64,000 nucleotides of DNA from an uncultured Actinomycetes bacterium (lineage in GTDB: Bacteria; Actinomycetota; UBA4738; HRBIN12). Of this stretch, positions 56,270 through 64,000 are shown in pieces (the stretch's first letter is position 1; the number at the start of each line of letters is the position of its first letter). Under the pieces are notes generated by a model. It did no database searches and was not told the origin of the DNA. It saw nothing but the letters and a program-made list of their open reading frames with translations. The translations under genes and the position numbers were made by a program. The stretch lies in NCBI GenBank assembly GCA_963832225.1, contig CAWHTI010000012.1:623499-687498 (forward strand), in the 5' to 3' direction.

Positions 56270-57061
56270 TCACGCGTCCACGGGCGCGAGCGGCAGCACG
56301 ATCGCCTCGACCCGATGGCCTTTCAGGCTCAGATCCCGGCGTTCCAGGTCGTGCGGGGCGATCCGGGCAGCCTTGATCGTCGCATTGGTCGTGAGGATCT
56401 CGCCCGGGCCGGCCGCTGCCGCGAGGTGTGACGCGACGTTGATCGGATCGCCGAACGCCGTGAACTCATGACCCGATCCGCTCGAGACCATGCCGACGAA
56501 CGTCGTGCCGGTGTTCACGCCGATCCCCAGCTGGATGTTCGTGTCGCTGTCGATCTCACCGACCCTCCGGAGGAGCTCGCGAGCCGCTCGCAGCGCGGTA
56601 CCGGCATGGTCTGGACCGGTCATGAACGGCAGGAAGAAGCCCACGGCCTCGTCACCGATGAACTTGTCGAGGATCGCGCTGTGGTCGAGGAGAACATCGC
56701 TGGCGATGCGATAGAACCGCTGCATGACGTGCGCGAGCTCGATCGTCTCGAGCGAACGGGCGAGCTCGCTCGACCGGCGGACATCCGCGAAGAGGAACGA
56801 GATCTCGGTATCCGCGCCCATCACGTCGTGCTTCACCAGCTCGCGGATGCAGTCGTTGCAGACGTTCGGATTCTTGTCCCATCGACGGATGCCGGCCGCC
56901 CGGAACGCCGCCCCGCCGGGTCCCGCGAACGGCGCCAGGCAGACCCTGCACCGAGGTGCCGACGGGATCCGCCTGAACAGCCGTCGTCCCCACACGATCT
57001 TGTAGTGCGTGCCGTCCAGATACGCACGCCATTCATCTTCCGGTGTCGCGTACCGCCCCAT
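56270..57061 (-). CDS. Zn-ribbon + class III adenylate/guanylate cyclase
   Basis: Track ORF 56270..57136 trimmed to ATG 57061. CRVC...CNDC cysteine pairs. Cyclase motifs ISFLFADVRRSSEL and KFIGDEAVGFF. Confidence 0.75.
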   Translation of the reverse strand: MGRYATPEDEWRAYLDGTHYKIVWGRRLFRRIPSAPRCRVCLAPFAGPGGAAFRAAGIRRWDKNPNVCNDCIRELVKHDVMGADTEISFLFADVRRSSELARSLETIELAHVMQRFYRIASDVLLDHSAILDKFIGDEAVGFFLPFMTGPDHAGTALRAARELLRRVGEIDSDTNIQLGIGVNTGTTFVGMVSSGSGHEFTAFGDPINVASHLAAAAGPGEILTTNATIKAARIAPHDLERRDLSLKGHRVEAIVLPLAPVDA

Positions 57062-57202
57062 CCGATGGCCTCGCTCCGAGCCGTGACGCAACCGACACGA
57101 AGCAGAGCGTAACCGAGGCACCAAGCCTGAGTGCACCGATCAACCGGGCCTTGCCGCCCACGTACGGCCAAGGGCGTTGGCGTTGCGAAGCGATGTGTCC
57201 GT

Positions 57203-57355
57203 CTACGACCGTTGGAGCGCCCCAGCCCTCACGGTGTGCAACACCCGGTTGCCGCTGTGCGCCTCGTCCGTGTGCTGGCGGAGCTCTTCCTCGGTGGGAA
57301 ACTCCTCGCCGCACGTCGGGCACTCGTGGGCCTCGCCACCTCCCTGATCACGCAT
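57203..57355 (-). CDS. Free-standing 50-aa classical C2H2 zinc-finger protein
   Basis: ATG 57355 after AAGGAGGGAGG, inside shadow ORF 57203..57637. The sequence HECPTCGEEFPTEEELRQHTDEAH fits C-x2-C-x3-F-x5-L-x2-H-x4-H exactly. High GC3. Confidence 0.55.
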   Translation of the reverse strand: MRDQGGGEAHECPTCGEEFPTEEELRQHTDEAHSGNRVLHTVRAGALQRS

Positions 57356-57509
57356 GCAACCTCCCTCCTTGGTTCCGGCCGACCTACCCGTCGACGCGGG
57401 TCGGAAACGGACGCGCCGCCCCCAGATCCTGACGCCGACGGACCGACGCCAGGGAACGACAACGGCCGCCGGGTGGTCGCCCGGCGGCCGTCGTGATGCC
57501 TCGCCTCGA

Positions 57510-57899
57510 TCAGCCGATCGATGCCCGTCCGACGCAGACCTCGCCCGTCGCGGGGTTGGCCGCCCGGGCGCGGAACGAGTCCGTGCCGGCCTTGTTGTCG
57601 GTGACCCGGCGCAGCTCGAACGAGCCGCTCGGGCCAACGGTCGTCCGCGTGCCGGCGAAGAACCGGACGTCGTTGTGGAAGAGCCGGACCCTCCAGGTCT
57701 GTCCGATGACGTTGGAGTCGACCTCGAACTCCACCTCGAGCCCGCCGTCCTCGGGTGAGAGCTTCAGCTTCCAGTCGCTGGAGCCGCTGCAGGCTCCCTC
57801 ACGGATCACGTCACGGTCGCCCGCGATCGCGGGCGCGGCGCCGGCGATCGTCAGCGCCATGGCCCCGGCCACGGCGGCTCGTGTCATCTTTCCGATCAT
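57510..57899 (-). CDS. Small secreted Cys-pair protein, paralog A
   Basis: Track ORF 57510..57929 trimmed to ATG 57899 (GAAGGGGGAAGG upstream). Signal peptide. The mature part, DVIREGACSGSSDWKLKL...GQTWRVRLF...GEVCVG, is collinear with 58002..58391. Confidence 0.6.
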   Translation of the reverse strand: MIGKMTRAAVAGAMALTIAGAAPAIAGDRDVIREGACSGSSDWKLKLSPEDGGLEVEFEVDSNVIGQTWRVRLFHNDVRFFAGTRTTVGPSGSFELRRVTDNKAGTDSFRARAANPATGEVCVGRASIG

Positions 57900-58001
57900 G
57901 TCCTTCCCCCTTCGTGTGTCATCGGTCACCGGTCTCCCCGGTACGGATGCAGCATCGCGATGTGCCGGTCGGGGTCACAACGGGACGTCGGTCCCGGGAC
58001 C

Positions 58002-58391
58002 CTAGGCTCGGTAGGTCAGTGCTCCGTCGCAGGAGCCGCCGTCGGTGACGTTCACGCCGCTGGCCCTGATGCGGTCGTCGCCGTCGCGGTTCGCGGTCAC
58101 CTTCGTGACGCGAATCTCCTCACTGGTGTCCACGACTCGGGAGGTGGAGACGATCCGGGTCCCGTTGTCCGACACGAACAGCTGCCACGTGTCGCCGGGG
58201 TCCAGATGCACGATCGTGAAGCGGACCCGGATCGTCGTAGCCGTCTCATGGCGCACTCGCAGGCGCCACTCACCCCGACCGGAGCAGGATCCGCTGCGCG
58301 TGACGTCGCCGGCACCGGCACCGGCGCCCGTGGCGGTGCCGACGAGCATCAGGACGGCGCAGGTGGCGACGAGAGCGACCCGGGTACGCAT
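58002..58391 (-). CDS. Small secreted Cys-pair protein, paralog B
   Basis: ATG 58391 inside shadow ORF 58002..58715. Signal peptide MRTRVALVATCAVLMLVG. DVTRSGSCSGRGEWRLRV...GDTWQLFVS...GGSCDG. Confidence 0.6.
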   Translation of the reverse strand: MRTRVALVATCAVLMLVGTATGAGAGAGDVTRSGSCSGRGEWRLRVRHETATTIRVRFTIVHLDPGDTWQLFVSDNGTRIVSTSRVVDTSEEIRVTKVTANRDGDDRIRASGVNVTDGGSCDGALTYRA

Positions 58392-58446
58392 GCACCCATG
58401 ATGGGGGCCAGGCCGGTGCCGGACAACGAGACCTCCGTCCCGAGAC

Positions 58447-59076
58447 CTAGTTGCGCCGGACGCCGTTGCGCTCGGCCCAGAGGGCTGCCTGCGTGCGATC
58501 GGCGACGCCGATCCGCTGGAACAGGTTCGTGAGATGCCCCTTGACCGTCTTCTCGCTGATCTGCAGCCGCCTCGCGATCTGCTTGTTCGCGAGGCCGTCC
58601 ACGACCAGGAGCAGCACCTCCCGCTCGCGCGCCGTGAGCGCGACGCCCCCGGTGGGGCGCTCGCGCCGGTCGGCGAGGAGGGCTGCGGCCGCCCGCGGCG
58701 TGATCGGCGCCTCACCGCGGGATGCGGATCGGATCGCGGCGTGGATCTCGTCGGGCTCGGCGTCCTTCAGGAGGTAGCCGACGGCCCCGGCGTCGAGCGC
58801 CCGCACGATCTGGTCCCGGTCGCTGAACGACGTGAACACCACGACGCGGGTGTCGGGGGAGCCGGTCTCGAGTCGCCGCGTGACCTCGATGCCGTCGACC
58901 TCCGGCATCGACAGGTCCAGGAGCAGGACGTCCGGGCGCTGGGTCGTGCACAGGTCGACCGCCTCGAGCCCACCGGCGGCCGATCCGACCATCTCGACGT
59001 CGTCGAAGGTCTCCAGGAGCTGCTGCATGCCGAGCCGGACGACCTGGTGATCGTCGGCATGCGCGACCCGGATCAT
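58447..59076 (-). CDS. NarL/LuxR family two-component response regulator
   Basis: Track ORF. Receiver domain (DDHQVVRLG, LLLDLSMP) and a C-terminal LuxR HTH (LTAREREVLLLVVDGLANKQIARRLQISEKTVKGH). Confidence 0.9.
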   Translation of the reverse strand: MIRVAHADDHQVVRLGMQQLLETFDDVEMVGSAAGGLEAVDLCTTQRPDVLLLDLSMPEVDGIEVTRRLETGSPDTRVVVFTSFSDRDQIVRALDAGAVGYLLKDAEPDEIHAAIRSASRGEAPITPRAAAALLADRRERPTGGVALTAREREVLLLVVDGLANKQIARRLQISEKTVKGHLTNLFQRIGVADRTQAALWAERNGVRRN

Positions 59077-60368
59077 GCCGCGGGCACCTCGACCGAGACG
59101 CGCGTCCCCCGTCCGTCCGGGCCCGGGCCGACGACGAGCCGGCCGCCCGCGTCCGCGACCACGTCCTCGAGGATCCCCAGACCCAGGTGCTCCCCGTCGT
59201 GGGGAGCACGGCGTTCGGTCGGCATGCCTCGACCGTCGTCCGTCACCCAGAGCACGGCTCGATCGTCGACAGTTCGGATCTCGACGGTCACCTGGTGGGC
59301 GTCGGCGTGTTGCTCCACGTTGCGCGAGGCCTCCTGGCAGACGCGGTACAGGAGCTCCTCCACCTCGGGGTCGAAGCGCACGCCGTCGTCCACGTGCACC
59401 CGCGTCTCGATCCCGCGCGAACGCAGGCTCGCCAGGAGGTCGGACACCGCCGCGACGAGTCCTTCCTGGCGGACGTTGGGTGGGTAGACCCCGACGATGG
59501 CGGATCGAAGGGTCGCGACGCTCCCGCGGACCGCCGAGGCGGATCGGTGCAGGACTTCGCGCGCCGAATCGTCGTCCGTCGTCTCCGCCGCGGCGGAGAG
59601 CTGCATCGACAGGCCGGCGAGCTCCTGGACGGGGCCGTCGTGGAGGTCACCGGCGATCCGACGGCGCTCGCGATCCGATGCGCTCATCGCTCGCTGCGTC
59701 AGTCGCTCCCGCTCGGCCTGCGTCCGCCGGACACGCCGTGAGAGCAGCCAGCCCAGGGGCACCTCCAGGATCGCGAACGCGATCAGCGTGACGACGAGCA
59801 CGGGCGCGAACCTCGAGACGAGCTCCTGCCGGTTGGCAGCGACGCTCGAGCGTCGTTGATAGGTCTCGAAGAGCAGGCGCGTACCGTCCGTAGCCTCGAT
59901 CCGCGTGTAGACCTCGAGGAGCTGGCCGAAGGACCGTTCGAAGCGGTTCTCGGGGCCCTCCAGGGTCGAGACCTCCGCCGCGACGCCGCCGTGTTCGAAG
60001 ACCTCCAGCTCCTCCTCGTCGAGCTCGTACCGGTCGCCGATCAGCTGCAGCTCGTCCGAGTACACGATCGTGCCGTCCGACGACCAGAGCTTCACACGCA
60101 CCACCGGATCATGCAGCACCGCATCGTGCACGACCGACGCCACCTTCGCCAGACTCGGTGCGTTGCCGCTGATGAGACCCTGGTTCACTCGTTGCTGGAC
60201 GACCCGTGCGGACAGCTCGGTCAACTGCCGCGCATCGTCGAGCGCCTGGTCGTCGGCGACGCGCCGGATCACGAACACACCGGAAGCCGCGACGAGGATG
60301 AGCGCGACGGCCGCGAGGACCACCGAGAGCAGCACGGGTCCTGCAACGGACCCCGTCGTTCGAGCCAT
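59073..60368 (-). CDS. Sensor histidine kinase, NarL-type (HisKA_3)
   Basis: Track ORF. Two TM segments flank a periplasmic loop. H-box DLHDGPVQELAGL. HATPase motifs RNVEQHA and DDGRGM. 4-bp overlap with the regulator gene. Confidence 0.85.
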   Translation of the reverse strand: MARTTGSVAGPVLLSVVLAAVALILVAASGVFVIRRVADDQALDDARQLTELSARVVQQRVNQGLISGNAPSLAKVASVVHDAVLHDPVVRVKLWSSDGTIVYSDELQLIGDRYELDEEELEVFEHGGVAAEVSTLEGPENRFERSFGQLLEVYTRIEATDGTRLLFETYQRRSSVAANRQELVSRFAPVLVVTLIAFAILEVPLGWLLSRRVRRTQAERERLTQRAMSASDRERRRIAGDLHDGPVQELAGLSMQLSAAAETTDDDSAREVLHRSASAVRGSVATLRSAIVGVYPPNVRQEGLVAAVSDLLASLRSRGIETRVHVDDGVRFDPEVEELLYRVCQEASRNVEQHADAHQVTVEIRTVDDRAVLWVTDDGRGMPTERRAPHDGEHLGLGILEDVVADAGGRLVVGPGPDGRGTRVSVEVPAA

Positions 60369-60496
60369 CGGGGGATGGTACGTGCTGCCGCTCGTGAGGG
60401 GTTGACGGCGAGGGGGCGTGAGAGCAGATTGGTCCTCTGCCCGCCCGGAGATGGAGTGTCCCCATGGTTGGAGATGGCGTGCATCGGAAGACGACG

Positions 60497-61075
60497 ATGA
60501 ACCTCACGGTCCGAGGGTGCGTGCTGTTCCTCGCGACCATCACCATGTCCATCGCACCGCTGGGGTCGGTTGGCGCGCAGCCGATGGAGCACGAGCACTT
60601 CACGGACTCCAGCAGTCGCGTGATCCGCAACTTCTGCGGCAGCCTCCGCATCAGGGAGGACACGCAGGTGCGTGGATCCCTCCTCGTGAAGCAGCAGGGG
60701 AGCGAGCGGCTCGCCTACTTCATCGAGCACTTCCACGGGACCGTGACGCGGACGAACCTCGCGAACGGCAGGACGGTCACCGAGACGTTCAACAACGTCT
60801 TCAAGGATCACACCGTGACGGACAACGGGGACGGCACGCTCACGATCGTCGGCATGGCGACAGGCTCGAACAAAGTCTACGGTCCGGACGGGAAGCTGCT
60901 GTTGAACGATCCGGGGCAGATCCGGTTCGCGATCCTGATCGATCACGGCGGCACCCCCATCGATCCGAACGACGACGAGTTCATCGAGGATCTCGGGATC
61001 GTGAAGGAGAGCACGGGACGGAACGACTTCCAGGAGTTCGATTTCTGCGAGGTCGTGACGGCCGCGATGGCGTGA
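60497..61075 (+). CDS. Secreted hypothetical protein
   Basis: Track ORF 60464..61075, ATG 60497 preferred (signal peptide MNLTVRGCVLFLATITMSIAPLGSVGA). Somewhat lower GC than its neighbours. No family recognised. Confidence 0.55.
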   Translation: MNLTVRGCVLFLATITMSIAPLGSVGAQPMEHEHFTDSSSRVIRNFCGSLRIREDTQVRGSLLVKQQGSERLAYFIEHFHGTVTRTNLANGRTVTETFNNVFKDHTVTDNGDGTLTIVGMATGSNKVYGPDGKLLLNDPGQIRFAILIDHGGTPIDPNDDEFIEDLGIVKESTGRNDFQEFDFCEVVTAAMA

Positions 61076-61097
61076 TCGCGACCGCGCCTGCGATCCG

Positions 61098-62510
61098 TCA
61101 GGTCACCCGGTACGCGAGCGTGGCGTAGTCGTACTGCACGCCTCGACCGATGCTCGAACCCGTGACGTAGACGGCGGATCCGTCCGGACTCAGCGCCAGC
61201 GCCCGCGGCCGATCGGAGTCGTTCGCACGGCCGTTGTACCGCTTCCGCCAGAGCCGCTGGCCCGTGGACGCTTCGTACGCGACCGTGGCGTAGTCGTTGT
61301 AGCTTTCCTGGTCGTAGCTGGTGCCCGTGACGACCACCACCGATCCATCCGGGCTGATGCCGAGGGCGGAGGCGGTGTTGGAATCCCGATTGCCGGTGTA
61401 TCGCCGGTGCCAGAGCTTCGCTCCGGTCGACGCCTCGTAGGCGATCGTCGCGAAGTCCGTCCTCCCCGCGCTCGATCGCTGGCTCGTTCCCGTCACGAAC
61501 ACGGCCGTCGCATCGGGGCTCACCGCGATGCCGACGGCGGTGTCGCTTCCAGCGACGGGCCCGTCGTAGCGGCTCACCCAGAGCTCCGCTCCGGTCGACG
61601 GGTCGTAGGCGACCGTAGCGTAGTCGCCGCGCCAGCCGGAAGGGTCGACACTGGCGCCCGTCACGAACACGGCGGATCCATCCGGGCTCACCTGCAAGTC
61701 GTTCGGCTCGTCGGATCCGTCGAACGGGCTGTTGTATCGCTTCAGCCACAGTTTCGTCCCGGTGGTGAGGTCGTAGGCGAACGTGGTGTAGTCGCTGCGG
61801 CTGCCGGATCGGTGCTCACTGAGACCGGTCACGAACACGGCGGAGCCATCCGGGCTCACGTCCAGGGCGGTGGGGAGGTCGTTGTCGCTGGCGGGGTCGT
61901 GGTAGCGCCGCACCCACAGCTGCGCTCCGGTGGGGGCATCGTAGGCGACCGTCGCGTACTCGTTCCCCGACCCGATGCTCGGCCCGGTCACGACGACGGT
62001 CGTCCCATCGGGACTCACCGCAAGAGCGCGAGCGTTGTCCCCGTCGCCCCCGTCGTAGCGAGTCGTCCAGAGCCTGGTGCCGGTGGAGGCGTCGTAAGCG
62101 ACCGTTACGAAGTCGGGGTCGAAGTCGGCTCCAGCTGTGCCGGTCACGTACACGACGGATCCGTCCGGACTCACGCCGAGGCTCCCGGCGTAGTCGTACG
62201 AGTTTCCTGGTCCGTTGTATCGCTTGGTCCAGATCTCACTGCCGGTGGAGGCGTCGTAGGCAGCGGTTGCGTAGTCGGGTCCACTCGTGGCGCCGGTGCT
62301 GCTCCCCGTGACGAACAGGACGGATCCATCCGGGCTGGCGGCGATGTCACTGGCGAAGTCGGGGCCGTGCGCCGCTCCGTCGTGACGTGTCAGCCACAGT
62401 TCGGACCCCGGCCCCGACGCCGCCGCGGCGGGGGACAGGCCGACCACCAGGACGATGACGGTCGTGACGGCGACCGATCCGACACGAGCTGCCGATCCGC
62501 TGATGCGCAT
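61098..62510 (-). CDS. Secreted beta-propeller repeat protein (SBBP-like ~45-aa repeats x10)
   Basis: Track ORF 61098..62552 trimmed to ATG 62510 (signal peptide). The unit (V/I)SPDGS.V(F/V)VTG.S......DYATVAYD.STG..LW..RY.G is repeated about 10 times. Confidence 0.75.
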   Translation of the reverse strand: MRISGSAARVGSVAVTTVIVLVVGLSPAAAASGPGSELWLTRHDGAAHGPDFASDIAASPDGSVLFVTGSSTGATSGPDYATAAYDASTGSEIWTKRYNGPGNSYDYAGSLGVSPDGSVVYVTGTAGADFDPDFVTVAYDASTGTRLWTTRYDGGDGDNARALAVSPDGTTVVVTGPSIGSGNEYATVAYDAPTGAQLWVRRYHDPASDNDLPTALDVSPDGSAVFVTGLSEHRSGSRSDYTTFAYDLTTGTKLWLKRYNSPFDGSDEPNDLQVSPDGSAVFVTGASVDPSGWRGDYATVAYDPSTGAELWVSRYDGPVAGSDTAVGIAVSPDATAVFVTGTSQRSSAGRTDFATIAYEASTGAKLWHRRYTGNRDSNTASALGISPDGSVVVVTGTSYDQESYNDYATVAYEASTGQRLWRKRYNGRANDSDRPRALALSPDGSAVYVTGSSIGRGVQYDYATLAYRVT

Positions 62511-62624
62511 CCGCACGACGCCTTCCTCTCGATCGGCGCCCGCTGAGATCACGGGGGGGTTTCATACTTGCCCAACCCGAGGCTCCAACGCAAGGGCGAG
62601 CCGCGGGTGCAACTCCGGGCGAGA

Positions 62625-64000
62625 TCAGCGTCGGCCGACGTCGTCCAGAACGGCACGCGCCTCGACGAGGTCGGCGCTCTCGAAGCCCTCGGTGAACTCC
62701 CCGTACACCGAACGCAGGGCGGCGGCGTCGTCCGTCGAGGCAGCGCCTCCCTCGCGCGGCAGTCGTGCCAGCCGCGTCGCGGCCCGGAGCTGGGTCATGC
62801 GAGCGCCGGCCTGGGCGGCCGTGTCGAAGCCGCGCCGGTACGACGACTCGGCCTCGCCGAGCTTCGAGAGGGCGATCAGGAGGTCGCCCTTCAGCACCGG
62901 GAACTCCGGGGTCAGGAGGTTCACCCTGCCCTGAAACATCTCGATCGCCTGATCGAGCAGCTCGATCCCCTCCGCCGGCCGGCCGGCCATCGCGAGGCCC
63001 CGGGTGCGGACGGACAGCACGAGCGGCCAGAAGACCGGCGGCGTCGTGAGATGCCGGTACATGCCGAGGCCGCGATCGCTCACCGCCATCCCCTCGTCGT
63101 GCCGGCCGAGGGCGATCATCGACACGCCCTCGAACACCAGCGCGAGCGCCTGCCAGACCTGATAGTCGTGCTCCTCCGCGATCGCCAGCACGCCCCTCGC
63201 CCGCTCGTTGACGCGTTCCCAGTCGCCGCGCCACACGTCGAGCAGGGCGACGTGGAACAGCGCGTACGCGGAGGTGAACGGATGCCCGATCTCCTCCGCG
63301 ACGTCCAACGCGCGAACGCCGTGCTCGACCGCCCGGTCGGGATAACCCAGCGACCAGAGCGCGAACGCCGAGGTCGTGTGCGGGACGACGCCGTGGCTCG
63401 CGCCCAGACGGAACCGGCCGCCGACGTGCTGGTGCGGATCGAACAGCTCGATCGCGCGGTCCAGGTGCTCGAGTCCCTCCCACCCCTCGCCGATCGACAC
63501 GAGGTTCGTCCCCACCCGGACGTGACCCTCGACCTCCAGGCTCGTGTCCCGGAGCTCCTCGGCGAGCTCCAGGAGCTGCCGGCCGATCGCGACGCCCTTG
63601 TCGAACTCGCCCCGGTACAGATACAGGCTGGCGAGGCTCCGGAGTAGCGGCAGCGTCTCGGGTGTCGCGGCCGACTCCTGCTCCAGGTGCGCCAGCGCGC
63701 GCCCGAATGCCTCCTCGACCTCCTCGGTGTAGCCGCGGGTCGCCATCAGGCCCCTCGCCAGGCTCGTACGGATCGTGACCTCCTCCCGGGCCCGCTCCGG
63801 CGTCGCCGGGCTGGTCGACAGGACGGCCAGGAGATCGTTCGTCAACCCGACCGCTCCGTGGTACCAGCCCCGGTCGTCGTGCAACGTCCAGAGGCCGTCG
63901 AGCAGCATGTCGAGCCGGCCGAGGTCGCCGGCGTGGACCCAGTACCGCCACGCCGTGGTGAGGTTCCCCAGCTCGGTCTCGAGCTCGTCCAGGGCGTCGT
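62625..64000 (-). CDS. C-terminal TPR-like region of a large STAND-type regulator (5' end beyond window; possibly another cyclase-ATPase-TPR protein)
   Basis: Track ORF 62625..63908. The frame stays open upstream to base 64000 (..DALDELETELGNLTTAWRYWVHAGDLGRLDMLLDG). Helical-repeat composition resembles the C-terminus of the 10377..13553 product. Confidence 0.7.
   Translation of the reverse strand, partial: DALDELETELGNLTTAWRYWVHAGDLGRLDMLLDGLWTLHDDRGWYHGAVGLTNDLLAVLSTSPATPERAREEVTIRTSLARGLMATRGYTEEVEEAFGRALAHLEQESAATPETLPLLRSLASLYLYRGEFDKGVAIGRQLLELAEELRDTSLEVEGHVRVGTNLVSIGEGWEGLEHLDRAIELFDPHQHVGGRFRLGASHGVVPHTTSAFALWSLGYPDRAVEHGVRALDVAEEIGHPFTSAYALFHVALLDVWRGDWERVNERARGVLAIAEEHDYQVWQALALVFEGVSMIALGRHDEGMAVSDRGLGMYRHLTTPPVFWPLVLSVRTRGLAMAGRPAEGIELLDQAIEMFQGRVNLLTPEFPVLKGDLLIALSKLGEAESSYRRGFDTAAQAGARMTQLRAATRLARLPREGGAASTDDAAALRSVYGEFTEGFESADLVEARAVLDDVGRR

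Noticed and set aside
1-64000. Search for tRNA, rRNA, tmRNA, RNase P, SRP RNA, transposase or integrase genes
   Set aside because: I found no T-arm-like GGTTCGAATCC-type motifs, rRNA-like conserved blocks, or DDE/tyrosine-recombinase motifs on either strand by eye. This was not exhaustive without covariance-model tools.

Overview
This is a very GC-rich (about 70% G+C by eye), gene-dense bacterial chromosome segment. The gene content looks actinobacterial, but that is inference only, because no rRNA or tRNA is present to anchor taxonomy. I call about 50 protein-coding genes, 3 pseudogenes, several tandem repeats and a few candidate regulatory elements.

Main themes:
(i) A set of secreted phosphoesterases at the left edge.
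(ii) A stand-alone ATP-dependent DNA ligase next to a histone-H1-like Lys/Ala/Thr-repeat gene.
(iii) An unusual density of class III adenylate/guanylate cyclase genes: six complete and probably a seventh cut by the right edge, each with a different sensor module.
(iv) At least eight secreted beta-propeller or repeat proteins: two delta-60, NHL, PD40, SBBP-like, a DVWAVG type, and two PQQ-type sugar dehydrogenases.
(v) A giant secreted LamG / metallophosphoesterase / Ig-repeat gene of about 8.2 kb. It is interrupted by three single-base frameshifts. It ends in three ~915-bp tandem modules carrying an unassigned ~190-aa domain that recurs in another phosphoesterase in the window.
(vi) A frameshifted HNH (DUF222-type) gene beside a truncated epimerase remnant.
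(vii) Two NarL-type sensor kinases (one with a regulator, one orphan), a DrrAB-like ABC exporter, a RecQ helicase fused to a phosphoribosyltransferase-like domain, an orphan PIN gene, and a free-standing 50-aa classical C2H2 zinc-finger ORF.

I recognised no CRISPR array, transposase, integrase, rRNA or tRNA. Many long ORFs in the track are Arg/Pro/Gly-rich shadow frames of real genes and were discarded. All family assignments are motif recognition by eye; no searches were run.
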